Source: Eledone cirrhosa (Eukaryota). Taken from it: a stretch of DNA of 64,000 nt. Both the position numbers and the translations under genes were made by a program. The stretch lies in the NCBI GenBank assembly GCA_964016885.1, contig OZ024745.1:91822001-91886000 (forward strand). Reading direction: 5' to 3'. Positions 1 to 13,900 of the stretch are shown piece by piece. A model generated the notes under the pieces. That model was given only the letters and a program-made list of their open reading frames with translations. It was not told the origin of the DNA and did no database searches. How positions within the stretch are numbered: the first letter of the stretch is position 1; every line of letters begins with the position of its first letter.

Positions 1-3000
1 AACAGCTCCACTACATACAGTAAGTTATATTACTCTGCCTGAGTATCAAACAGCTCCACTAGATACAGTAAGTTATATTACACTGCCTGAGTATCAAACA
101 GCTCCACTAGGTACAGTAAGTTATATTACTCTGCCTGAGTATCAAACAGTTCCACTAGATGCAGTAAGTTATATTACTCTGCCTGAGTATCAAACAACTC
201 CACTAGATACAGTAAGTTATATTACTCTGTCTGAGTATCAAACAGCTCCACTAGATACAGTAAGTTATATTACTCTGCCTGAGTATCAAACAGCTCCACT
301 AGATACAGTAAGTTATATTACTCTGTCTGAGTATCAAACAGCTCCACTAGATACAGTAAGTTATATTACTCTGTCTGAGTATCAAACAGCTCCACTAGAT
401 ACAGTAAGTTATATTACTCTGACTGAGTATCAAACAGCTCCACTAGATACAGTAAGTTATATTACTCTGCCTGAGTATTAAACAGCTCCACTAGATACGG
501 TAAGTTAATTTACTCTGTCTGAGTATCAAATAGCTCCACTAGATACAGTAAGTTATATTACTCTGTCTGAGTATCAAACAGCTCCACTAGATACAGTAAG
601 TTATATTACTCTGTCTGAGTATCAAACAGCTCCACTAGATACAGTAAGTTATGTTACTCTGTCTGAGTATCAAACAGCTCCACTACATACAGTAAGTTAT
701 ATTACTCTGCCTGAGTATCAAACAGCTCCACTAGATACAGTAAGTTATATTACCCTGTCTGAGTATCAAACAGCTCCACTAGATACAGTAAGTTATGTTA
801 CTCTGTCTGAGTATCAAACAGCTCCACTACATACAGTAAGTTATATTACTCTGCCTGAGTATCAAACAGCTCCACTAGATACAGTAAGTTAATTTACTCT
901 GTCTGAGTATCAAATAGCTCCACTAGATACAGTAAGTTATATTACTCTGCCTGAGTATCAAACAGCTCCACTAGATACAGTAAGTTATATTACTCTGTCT
1001 GAGTATCAAACAGCTCCACTACATACAGTAAGTTATATTACTCTGCCTGAGTATCAAACGGCTCCACTAGATACAGTAAGTTATATTACTCTGCCTGAGT
1101 ATCAAACAGCTCCCCTATATACAGTAAGTTATATTACTCTGCCTGAGTATCAAACAGCTCCACTAGATACAGTAAGTTATATTACTCTGCCTGAGTATCA
1201 AGCAGCTCCACTACATACAGTAAGTTATATTACTCTGCCTGAGTATCAAACAGCTCCACTAGATACAGTAAGTTATATTACTCTGCCTGAGTATCAAACA
1301 GCTCCCCTAGATACAGTAAGTTATATTACTCTGTCTGAGTATCAAACAGCTCCACTAGATACAGTAAGTTATATTACTCTGTCTGAGTATCAAACAGCTC
1401 CACTAGATACAGTAAGTTATATTACTCTGCCTGAGTATCAAACAGCTCCACTAGATACAGTAAGTTATATTACTCTGCCTGAGTATCAAACAGCTCCACT
1501 AGATACAGTAAGTTATATTACTCTGTCTGAGTATCAAACAGCTCCACTAGATACAGTAAGTTATATTACTCTGCCTGAGTATCAAACAGCTCCGCTAGAT
1601 ACAGTAAGTTATATTACTCTGCCTGAGTATCAAACAGCTCCACTAGATACAGTAAGTTATATTACTCAGTCTGAGTATCAAACAGCTCCACTAGATACAG
1701 TAAGTTAAATTACTCTGCCTGAGTATCAAACAGCTCCACTAGGTACAGTAAGTTATATTACTCTGTCTGAGTATCAAACAGCTCCCCTAGATACAGTAAG
1801 TTATATTACTCTGTCTGAGTATCAAACATCTCCCCTAGATACAGTAAGTTATATTACTCTGCCTGAGTATCAGACAGCTCCACTAGATACAGTAAGTTAT
1901 ATTACTCTGTCTGAGTATCAAACAGCTCCACTAGATACAGTAAGTTATATTACTCTGTCTGAGTATCAAACAGCTCCACTAGATACAGTAAGTTATGTTA
2001 CTCTGTCTGAGTATCAAACAGCTCCACCACATACAGTAAGTTATATTACTCGGTCTGAGTATCAAACAGCTCCACTAGATACAGTAAGTTATGTTACTCT
2101 GTCTGAGTATCAAACAGCTCCACTACATACAGTAAGTTATATTACTCTGCCTGAGTATCAAACAGCTCCACTAGATACAGTAAGTTAATTTACTCTGTCT
2201 GAGTATCAAATAGCTCCACTAGATACAGTAAGTTATATTACTCTGACTGAGTGTCAAACAGCTCCACTAGATACAGTAAGTTATATTACTCTGCCTGAGT
2301 ATCAAACAGCTCCACTAGATACAGTAAGTTAATTTACTCTGTCTGAGTATCAAATAGCTCCACTAGATACAGTAAGTTATATTACTCTGTGTGAGTATCA
2401 AACAGCTCCACTAGATACAGTAAGTTATATTACCCTGTCTGAGTATCAAACAGCTCCACTAGATACAGTAAGTTATGTTACTCCGTCTGAGTATCAAACA
2501 GCTCCACTACATACAGTAAGTTATATTACTCTGCCTGAGTATCAAACAGCTCCACTAGATACAGTAAGTTATATTACTCTGTCTGAGTATCAAACAGCTC
2601 CACTAGATACAGTAAGTTATATTACTCTGCCTGAGTATCAAACAGCTCGACTAGATACAGTAAGTTATATTACTCTGCCTGAGTATCAAACAGCTCCACT
2701 AGATACAGTAAGTTATATTACTCTGCCTGAGTATCAAACAGCTCCACTAGATACAGTAAGTTATATTACTCTGTCTGAGTATCAAACAGCTCCACTAGAT
2801 ACAGTAAGTTATATTACTCTGCCTGAGTATCAAACAGCTCTCCTATATACAGTAAGTTATATTACTCTGCCTGAGTATCAAACAGCTCCACTAGATACAG
2901 TAAGTTATATTACTCTGCCTGAGTATCAAGCAGCTCCACTACATACAGTAAGTTATATTACTCTGCCTGAGTATCAAACAGCTCCACTAGATACAGTAAG

Positions 3001-6000
3001 TTATATTACTCTGCCTGAGTATCAAACAGCTCCCCTAGATACAGTAAGTTATATTACTCTGTCTGAGTATCAAACAGCTCCACTAGATACAGTAAGTTAT
3101 ATTACTCTGCCTGAGTATCAAACAGCTCCACTAGATACAGTAAGTTATGTTACTCTGTCTGAGTATCAAACAGCTCCACTACATACAGTAAGTTATATTA
3201 CTCTGCCTGAGTATCAAACAGCTCCACTAGATACAGTAAGTTATATTACTCTGCCTGAGTATCAAACAACTCCACTAGATACAGTAAGTTATATTACTCT
3301 GCCTGAGTATCAAACAGCTCCACTAGATACAGTAAGTTATATTACTCTGCCTGAGTATCAAACAGCTCCACTAGGTACAGTAAGTTATATTACTCTGCCT
3401 GAGTATCAAACAGTTCCACTAGATGCAGTAAGTTATATTACTCTGCCTGAGTATCAAACAACTCCACTAGATACAGTAAGTTATATTACTCTGCCTGAGT
3501 ATCAAACAGCTCCACTAGATACAGTAAGTTATATTACTCTGCCTGAGTATCAAACAGCTCCACTAGATACAGTAAGTTATATTACTCTGTCTGAGTATCA
3601 AACAGCTCCACTAGATACAGTAAGTTATATTACTCTGTCTGAGTATCAAACAGCTCCACTAGATACAGTAAGTTATATTACTCTGACTGAGTATCAAACA
3701 GCTCCACTAGATACAGTAAGTTATATTACTCTGCCTGAGTATCAAACAGCTCCACTAGATACAGTAAGTTATATTACTCTGTCTGAGTATCAAACAGCTC
3801 CACTAGATACAGTAAGTTATATTACTCTGTCTGAGTATCAAACAGCTCCTTTAGATACAGTAAGTTATATTACTCTGCCTGAGTATCAAATAGCTCCACT
3901 AGATACAGTAAGTTATATTACTCTGCCTGAGTATCAAACAGCTCCACTAGGTGCAGTAAGTTATGTTACTCTGCCTGAGTATCAAACAGCTCCACGAGAT
4001 GCAGTAAGTTATATTACTCTGTCTGAGTATCAAACAGCTCCACTAGATACAGTAAGTTATATTACTCTGTCTGAGTATCAAACAGCTCCACTAGATACAG
4101 TAAGTTATATTACTCTGTCTGAGTATCAAACAGCTCCACTAGATACAGTAAGTTATATTACTCTGCCTGAGTATCAAACAGCTCCCCTAGATACAGTAAG
4201 TTATATTACTCTGTCTGAGTATCAAACAGCTCCACTAGATACAGTAAGTTATATTACTCTGCCTGAGTATCAAACAGCTCCACTAGATACAGTAAGTTAT
4301 ATTACTCTGCCTGAGTATCAAACAGCTCCACTAGATACAGTAAGTTATATTACTCTGTCTGAGTATCAAACAGCTCCACTAGATACAGTAAGTTATATTA
4401 CTCTGCCTGAGTATCAAACAGCTCCACTAGATACAGTAAGTTATATTACTCTGCCTGAGTATCAAATAGCTCCACTAGATACAGTAAGTTATATTACACT
4501 GCCTGAGTATCAAACAGCTCCACTAGGTACAGTAAGTTATATTACTCTGCCTGAGTATCAAACAGTTCCACTAGATGCAGTAAGTTATATTACTCTGCCT
4601 GAGTATCAAACAACTCCACTAGATACAGTAAGTTATATTACTCTGCCTGAGTATCAAACAGCTCCACTAGATACAGTAAGTTATATTACTCTGCCTGAGT
4701 ATCAAACAGCTCCACTAGATACAGTAAGTTATATTACTCTGCCTGAGTATCAAACAGCTCCACTAGATACAGTAAGTTATATTACTCTGCCTGAGTATCA
4801 AGCAGCTCCACTACATACAGTAAGTTATATTACTCTGCCTGAGTATCAAACAGCTCCACTAGATACAGTAAGTTATATTACTCTGCCTGAGTATCAAACA
4901 GCTCCCCTAGATACAGTAAGTTATATTACTCTGTCTGAGTATCAAACAGCTCCACTAGATACAGTAAGTTATATTACTCTGTCTGAGTATCAAACAGCTC
5001 CACTAGATACAGTAAGTTATATTACTCTGCCTGAGTATCAAACAGCTCCACTAGATACAGTAAGTTATATTACTCTGCCTGAGTATCAAACAGCTCCACT
5101 AGATACAGTAAGTTATATTACTCTGTCTGAGTATCAAACAGCTCCACTAGATACAGTAAGTTATATTACTCTGCCTGAGTATCAAACAGCTCCGCTAGAT
5201 ACAGTAAGTTATATTACTCTGCCTGAGTATCAAACAGCTCCACTAGATACAGTAAGTTATATTACTCAGTCTGAGTATCAAACAGCTCCACTAGATACAG
5301 TAAGTTAAATTACTCTGCCTGAGTATCAAACAGCTCCACTAGGTACAGTAAGTTATATTACTCTGTCTGAGTATCAAACAGCTCCCCTAGATACAGTAAG
5401 TTATATTACTCTGTCTGAGTATCAAACATCTCCCCTAGATACAGTAAGTTATATTACTCTGCCTGAGTATCAGACAGCTCCACTAGATACAGTAAGTTAT
5501 ATTACTCTGTCTGAGTATCAAACAGCTCCACTAGATACAGTAAGTTATATTACTCTGTCTGAGTATCAAACAGCTCCACTAGATACAGTAAGTTATGTTA
5601 CTCTGTCTGAGTATCAAACAGCTCCACTACATACAGTAAGTTATATTACTCTGTCTGAGTATCAAACAGCTCCACTAGATACAGTAAGTTATGTTACTCT
5701 GTCTGAGTATCAAACAGCTCCACTACATACAGTAAGTTATATTACTCTGCCTGAGTATCAAACAGCTCCACTAGATACAGTAAGTTAATTTACTCTGTCT
5801 GAGTATCAAATAGCTCCACTAGATACAGTAAGTTATATTACTCTGACTGAGTGTCAAACAGCTCCACTAGATACAGTAAGTTATATTACTCTGCCTGAGT
5901 ATCAAACAGCTCCACTAGATACAGTAAGTTAATTTACTCTGTCTGAGTATCAAATAGCTCCACTAGATACAGTAAGTTATATTACTCTGTGTGAGTATCA

Positions 6001-9000
6001 AACAGCTCCACTAGATACAGTAAGTTATATTACCCTGTCTGAGTATCAAACAGCTCCACTAGATACAGTAAGTTATGTTACTCCGTCTGAGTATCAAACA
6101 GCTCCACTACATACAGTAAGTTATATTACTCTGCCTGAGTATCAAACAGCTCCACTAGATACAGTAAGTTATATTACTCTGTCTGAGTATCAAACAGCTC
6201 CACTAGATACAGTAAGTTATATTACTCTGCCTGAGTATCAAACAGCTCCACTAGATACAGTAAGTTATATTACTCTGCCTGAGTATCAAACAGCTCCACT
6301 AGATACAGTAAGTTATATTACTCTGCCTGAGTATCAAACAGCTCCACTAGATACAGTAAGTTATATTACTCTGTCTGAGTATCAAACAGCTCCACTAGAT
6401 ACAGTAAGTTATATTACTCTGCCTGAGTATCAAACAGCTCTCCTATATACAGTAAGTTATATTACTCTGCCTGAGTATCAAACAGCTCCACTAGATACAG
6501 TAAGTTATATTACTCTGCCTGAGTATCAAGCAGCTCCACTACATACAGTAAGTTATATTACTCTGCCTGAGTATCAAACAGCTCCACTAGATACAGTAAG
6601 TTATATTACTCTGCCTGAGTATCAAACAGCTCCCCTAGATACAGTAAGTTATATTACTCTGTCTGAGTATCAAACAGCTCCACTAGATACAGTAAGTTAT
6701 ATTACTCTGCCTGAGTATCAAACAGCTCCACTAGATACAGTAAGTTATGTTACTCTGTCTGAGTATCAAACAGCTCCACTACATACAGTAAGTTATATTA
6801 CTCTGCCTGAGTATCAAACAGCTCCACTAGATACAGTAAGTTATATTACTCTGCCTGAGTATCAAACAACTCCACTAGATACAGTAAGTTATATTACTCT
6901 GCCTGAGTATCAAACAGCTCCACTAGATACAGTAAGTTATATTACTCTGCCTGAGTATCAAACAGCTCCACTAGGTACAGTAAGTTATATTACTCTGCCT
7001 GAGTATCAAACAGTTCCACTAGATGCAGTAAGTTATATTACTCTGCCTGAGTATCAAACAACTCCACTAGATACAGTAAGTTATATTACTCTGCCTGAGT
7101 ATCAAACAGCTCCACTAGATACAGTAAGTTATATTACTCTGCCTGAGTATCAAACAGCTCCACTAGATACAGTAAGTTATATTACTCTGTCTGAGTATCA
7201 AACAGCTCCACTAGATACAGTAAGTTATATTACTCTGTCTGAGTATCAAACAGCTCCACTAGATACAGTAAGTTATATTACTCTGACTGAGTATCAAACA
7301 GCTCCACTAGATACAGTAAGTTATATTACTCTGCCTGAGTATCAAACAGCTCCACTAGATACAGTAAGTTATATTACTCTGTCTGAGTATCAAACAGCTC
7401 CACTAGATACAGTAAGTTATATTACTCTGTCTGAGTATCAAACAGCTCCTTTAGATACAGTAAGTTATATTACTCTGCCTGAGTATCAAATAGCTCCACT
7501 AGATACAGTAAGTTATATTACTCTGCCTGAGTATCAAACAGCTCCACTAGGTGCAGTAAGTTATGTTACTCTGCCTGAGTATCAAACAGCTCCACGAGAT
7601 GCAGTAAGTTATATTACTCTGTCTGAGTATCAAACAGCTCCACTAGATACAGTAAGTTATATTACTCTGTCTGAGTATCAAACAGCTCCACTAGATACAG
7701 TAAGTTATATTACTCTGTCTGAGTATCAAACAGCTCCACTAGATACAGTAAGTTATATTACTCTGCCTGAGTATCAAACAGCTCCCCTAGATACAGTAAG
7801 TTATATTACTCTGTCTGAGTATCAAACAGCTCCACTAGATACAGTAAGTTATATTACTCTGCCTGAGTATCAAACAGCTCCACTAGATACAGTAAGTTAT
7901 ATTACTCTGCCTGAGTATCAAACAGCTCCACTAGATACAGTAAGTTATATTACTCTGTCTGAGTATCAAACAGCTCCACTAGATACAGTAAGTTATATTA
8001 CTCTGCCTGAGTATCAAACAGCTCCACTAGATACAGTAAGTTATATTACTCTGCCTGAGTATCAAATAGCTCCACTAGATACAGTAAGTTATATTACACT
8101 GCCTGAGTATCAAACAGCTCCACTAGGTACAGTAAGTTATATTACTCTGCCTGAGTATCAAACAGTTCCACTAGATGCAGTAAGTTATATTACTCTGCCT
8201 GAGTATCAAACAACTCCACTAGATACAGTAAGTTATATTACTCTGCCTGAGTATCAAACAGCTCCACTAGATACAGTAAGTTATATTACTCTGCCTGAGT
8301 ATCAAACAGCTCCACTAGATACAGTAAGTTATATTACTCTGTCTGAGTATCAAACAGCTCCACTAGATACAGTAAGTTATATTACTCTGTCTGAGTATCA
8401 AACAGCTCCACTAGATACAGTAAGTTATATTACTCTGACTGAGTATCAAACAGCTCCACTAGATACAGTAAGTTATATTACTCTGCCTGAGTATCAAACA
8501 GCTCCACTAGATACAGTAAGTTAATTTACTCTGTCTGAGTATCAAATAGCTCCACTAGATACAGTAAGTTATATTACTCTGTCTGAGTATCAAACAGCTC
8601 CACTAGATACAGTAAGTTATATTACTCTGTCTGAGTATCAAACAGCTCCACTAGATACAGTAAGTTATATTACTCTGTCTGAGTATCAAACAGCTCCACT
8701 AGATACAGTAAGTTATATTACTCTGCCTGAGTATCAAACAGCTCCACTAGATACAGTAAGTTATATTACTCTGCCTGAGTATCAAATAGCTCCACTAGAT
8801 ACAGTAAGTTATATTACACTGCCTGAGTATCAAACAGCTCCACTAGGTACAGTAAGTTATATTACTCTGCCTGAGTATCAAACAGTTCCACTAGATGCAG
8901 TAAGTTATATTACTCTGCCTGAGTATCAAACAACTCCACTAGATACAGTAAGTTATATTACTCTGCCTGAGTATCAAACAGCTCCACTAGATACAGTAAG

Positions 9001-12000
9001 TTATATTACTCTGCCTGAGTATCAAACAGCTCCACTAGATACAGTAAGTTATATTACTCTGTCTGAGTATCAAACAGCTCCACTAGATACAGTAAGTTAT
9101 ATTACTCTGTCTGAGTACCAAACAGCTCCACTAGATACAGTAAGTTATATTACTCTGACTGAGTATCAAACAGCTCCACTAGATACAGTAAGTTATATTA
9201 CTCTGCCTGAGTATTAAACAGCTCCACTAGATACAGTAAGTTAATTTACTCTGTCTGAGTATCAAATAGCTCCACTAGATACAGTAAGTTATATTACTCT
9301 GTCTGAGTATCAAACAGCTCCACTAGATACAGTAAGTTATATTACTCTGTCTGAGTATCAAACAGCTCCACTAGATACAGTAAGTTATGTTACTCTGTCT
9401 GAGTATCAAACAGCTCCACTACATACAGTAAGTTATATTACTCTGCCTGAGTATCAAACAGCTCCACTAGATACAGTAAGTTAATTTACTCTGTCTGAGT
9501 ATCAAATAGCTCCACTAGATACAGTAAGTTATATTACTCTGACTGAGTATCAAACAGCTCCACTAGATACAGTAAGTTATATTACTCTGCCTGAGTATCA
9601 AACAGCTCCACTAGATACAGTAAGTTAATTTACTCTGTCTGAGTATCAAATAGCTCCACTAGATACAGTAAGTTATATTACTCTGTCTGAGTATCAAACA
9701 GCACCACTAGATACAGTAAGTTATATTACCCTGTCTGAGTATCAAACAGCTCCACTAGATACAGTAAGTTATGTTACTCCGTCTGAGTATCAAACAGCTC
9801 CACTACATACTGTAAGTTATATTACTCTGCCTGAGTATCAAACAGCTCCACTAGATACAGTAAGTTATATTACTCTGTCTGAGTATCAAACAGCTCCACT
9901 AGATACAGTAAGTTATATTACTCTGCCTGAGTATCAAACAGCTCCACTAGATACAGTAAGTTATATTACTCTGCCTGAGTATCAAACAGCTCCACTAGAT
10001 ACAGTAAGTTATATTACTCTGCCTGAGTATCAAACAGCTCCACTAGATACAGTAAGTTATATTACTCTGTCTGAGTATCAAACAGCTCCACTAGATACAG
10101 TAAGTTATATTACTCTGCCTGAGTATCAAACAGCTCCCCTATATACAGTAAGTTATATTACTCTGCCTGAGTATCAAACAGCTCCACTAGATACAGTAAG
10201 TTATATTACTCTGCCTGAGTATCAAGCAGCTCCACTACATACAGTAAGTTATATTACTCTGCCTGAGTATCAAACAGCTCCACTAGATACAGTAAGTTAT
10301 ATTACTCTGCCTGAGTATCAAACAGCTCCCCTAGATACAGTATGTTATATTACTCTGTCTGAGTATCAAACAGCTCCACTAGATACAGTAAGTTATATTA
10401 CTCTGCCTGAGTATCAAACAGCTCCACTAGATACAGTAAGTTATATTACTCTGCCTGAGTATCAAACAGCTCCACTAGATACAGTAAGTTATATTACTCT
10501 GTCTGAGTATCAAACAGCTCCACTAGATACACTAAGTTATATTACTCTGCCTGAGTATCAAACAGCTCCACTAGATACAGTAAGTTATATTACTCTGCCT
10601 GAGTATCAAATAGCTCCACTAGATACAGTAAGTTATATTACTCTGTCTGAGTATCAAACAGCTCCACTAGATACAGTAAGTTATAGTACTCTGTCTGAGT
10701 ATCAAACAGCTCCACTAGATACAGTAAGTTATATTACTCTGACTGAGTATCAAACAGCTCCACTAGATACAGTAAGTTATATTACTCTGCCTGAGTAACA
10801 AACAGCTCCACTAGATACAGTAAGTTAATTTACTCTGTCTGAGTATCAAATAGCTCCACTAGATACAGTAAGTTATATTACGCTGTCTGAGTATCAAACA
10901 GCTCCACTAGATACAGTCAGTTATATTACTCTGTCTGAGTATCAAACAGCTCCACTAGATACAGTAAGTTATATTACTCTGTCTGAGTATCAAACAGCTC
11001 CACTAGATACAGTAAGTTATATTACTCTGTCTGAGTATCAAACAGCTCCACTAGATACAGTAAGTTATATTACTCTGTCTGAGTATCAAACAGCTCCTTT
11101 AGATACAGTAAGTTATATTACTCTGCCTGAGTATCAAATAGCTCCACTAGATACAGTAAGTTATATTACTCTGCCTGAGTATCAAACAGCTCCACTAGGT
11201 ACAGTAAGTTATGTTACTCTGCCTGAGTATCAAACAGCTCCACTAGATGCAGTAAGTTATATTACTCTGTCTGAGTATCAAACAGCTCCACTAGATACAG
11301 TAAGTTATATTACTCTGTCTGAGTATCAAACAGCTCCACTAGATACAGTAAGTTATATTACTCTGTCTGAGTATCAAACAGCTCCACTAGATACAGTAAG
11401 TTATATTACTCTGCCTGAGTATCAAACAACTCCACTAGATACAGTAAGTTATATTACTCTGCCTGAGTATCAAACAGCTCCACTAGATACAGTAAGTTAT
11501 ATTACTCTGCCTGAGTATCAAACAGCTCCACTATATACAGTAAGTTATATTACTCTGTCTGAGTATCAAACAGCTCCACTAGATACAGTAAGTTATATTA
11601 CTCTGTCTGAGTACCAAACAGCTCCACTAGATACAGTAAGTTATATTACTCTGACTGAGTATCAAACAGCTCCACTAGATACAGTAAGTTATATTACTCT
11701 GCCTGAGTATTAAACAGCTCCACTAGATACAGTAAGTTAATTTACTCTGTCTGAGTATCAAATAGCTCCACTAGATACAGTAAGTTATATTACTCTGTCT
11801 GAGTATCAAACAGCTCCACTAGATACAGTAAGTTATATTACTCTGTCTGAGTATCAAACAGCTCCACTAGATACAGTAAGTTATATTACTCTGTCTGAGT
11901 ACCAAACAGCTCCACTAGATACAGTAAGTTATATTACTCTGACTGAGTATCAAACAGCTCCACTAGATACAGTAAGTTATATTACTCTGCCTGAGTATCA

Positions 12001-13900
12001 AACAGCTCCACTAGATACAGTAAGTTAATTTACTCTGTCTGCGTATCAAATAGCTCCACTAGATACAGTAAGTTATATTACTCTGTCTGAGTATCAAACA
12101 GCTCCACTAGATACAGTAAGTTATATTACCCTGTCTGAGTATCAAACAGCTCCACTAGATACAGTAAGTTATGTTACTCCGTCTGAGTATCAAACAGCTC
12201 CACTACATACAGTAAGTTATATTACTCTGCCTGAGTATCAAACAGCTCCACTAGATACAGTAAGTTATATTACTCTGTCTGAGTATCAAACAGCTCCACT
12301 AGATACAGTAAGTTATATTACTCTGCCTGAGTATCAAACAGCTCCACTAGATACAGTAAGTTATATTACTCTGCCTGAGTATCAAACAGCTCCACTAGAT
12401 ACAGTAAGTTATATTACTCTGCCTGAGTATCAAACACCTCCACTAGATACAGTAAGTTATATTACTCTGTCTGAGTATCAAACAGCTCCACTAGATACAG
12501 TAAGTTATATTACTCTGCCTGAGTATCAAACAGCTCCCCTATATACAGTAAGTTATATTACTCTGCCTGAGTATCAAACAGCTCCACTAGATACAGTAAG
12601 TTATATTACTCTGCCTGAGTATCAAGCAGCTCCACTACATACAGTAAGTTATATTACTCTGCCTGAGTATCAAACAGCTCCACTAGATACAGTAAGTTAT
12701 ATTACTCTGCCTGAGTATCAAACAGCTCCCCTAGATACAGTAAGTTATATTACTCTGCCTGAGTATCAAACAGCTCCACTAGATACAGTAAGTTATATTA
12801 CTCTGTCTGAGTATCAAACAGCTCCACTAGATACAGTAAGTTATATTACTCTGTCTGAGTATCAAACAGCTCCACTAGATACAGTAAGTTATATTACTCT
12901 GTCTGAGTATCAAACAGCTCCACTAGATACAGTAAGTTATATTACTCTGCCTGAGTATCAAACAACTCCACTAGATACAGTAAGTTATATTACTCTGCCT
13001 GAGTATCAAACAGCTCCACTAGATACAGTAAGTTATATTACTCTGCCTGAGTATCAAACAGCTCCACTAGATACAGTAAGTTATATTACTCTGTCTGAGT
13101 ATCAAACAGCTCCACTAGATACAGTAAGTTATATTACTCTGTCTGAGTATCAAGCAGCTCCACTAGATACAGTAAGTTATATTACTCTGACTGAGTATCA
13201 AACAGCTCCACTAGATACAGTAAGTTATATTACTCTGCCTGAGTATCAAACAGCTCCACTAGATACAGTAAGTTAATTTACTCTGTCTGAGTATCAAATA
13301 GCTCCACTAGATACAGTAAGTTATATTACTCTGTCTGAGTATCAAACAGCTCCACTAGATACAGTAAGTTATATTACTCTGTCTGAGTATCAAACAGCTC
13401 CACTAGATACAGTAAGTTATATTACTCTGTCTGAGTATCAAACAGCTCCTTTAGATACAGTAAGTTATATTACTCTGCCTGAGTATCAAATAGCTCCACT
13501 AGATACAGTAAGTTATATTACTCTGCCTGAGTATCAAACAGCTCCACTAGGTACAGTAAGTTATGTTACTCTGCCTGAGTATCAAACAGCTCCACTAGAT
13601 GCAGTAAGTTATATTACTCTGTCTGAGTATCAAACAGCTCCACTAGATACAGTAAGTTATATTACTCTGTCTGAGTATCAAACAGCTCCACTAGATACAG
13701 TAAGTTATATTACTCTGCCTGAGTATCAAACAGCTCCACTAGATACAGTAAGTTATATTACTCTGTCTGAGTATCAAACAGCTCCACTACATACAGTAAG
13801 TTATATTACTCTGCCTGAGTATCAAACGGCTCCACTAGATACAGTAAGTTATATTACTCTGCCTGAGTATCAAACAGCTCCACTAGATACAGTAAGTTAT
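1..13900. repeat. Satellite variant domain A
   Basis: Characteristic variants are CTACATAC (G14C, last at ~13790), CTAGGTAC (A15G, last at ~13551), GATGCAG (A17G), GTTAATTT (T28A/A29T, last at ~13276) and TTACACTG. TATGTT is also typical, with one stray copy at ~14477. These are essentially absent downstream. Confidence 0.85.
1141..8340. repeat. Tandem duplication of a 3600-bp (75-monomer) block: ~1141-4740 and ~4741-8340
   Basis: Rare variants recur at +3600: TCCGCTAG (lines 1561/5161), TACTCAGT (1621/5221), GTTAAAT (1681/5281), CAGACAG (1861/5461), GTGTCAAA (2221/5821), CCACGAGATGC (3961/7561). I saw three differences, at ~2028, ~2052 and ~2649. Confidence 0.93.

Noticed and set aside
25-32. 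TTATATTA as a TATA or -10 promoter element
   Set aside because: It is a short AT-rich match in an AT-rich repeat with no downstream gene or other supporting element.
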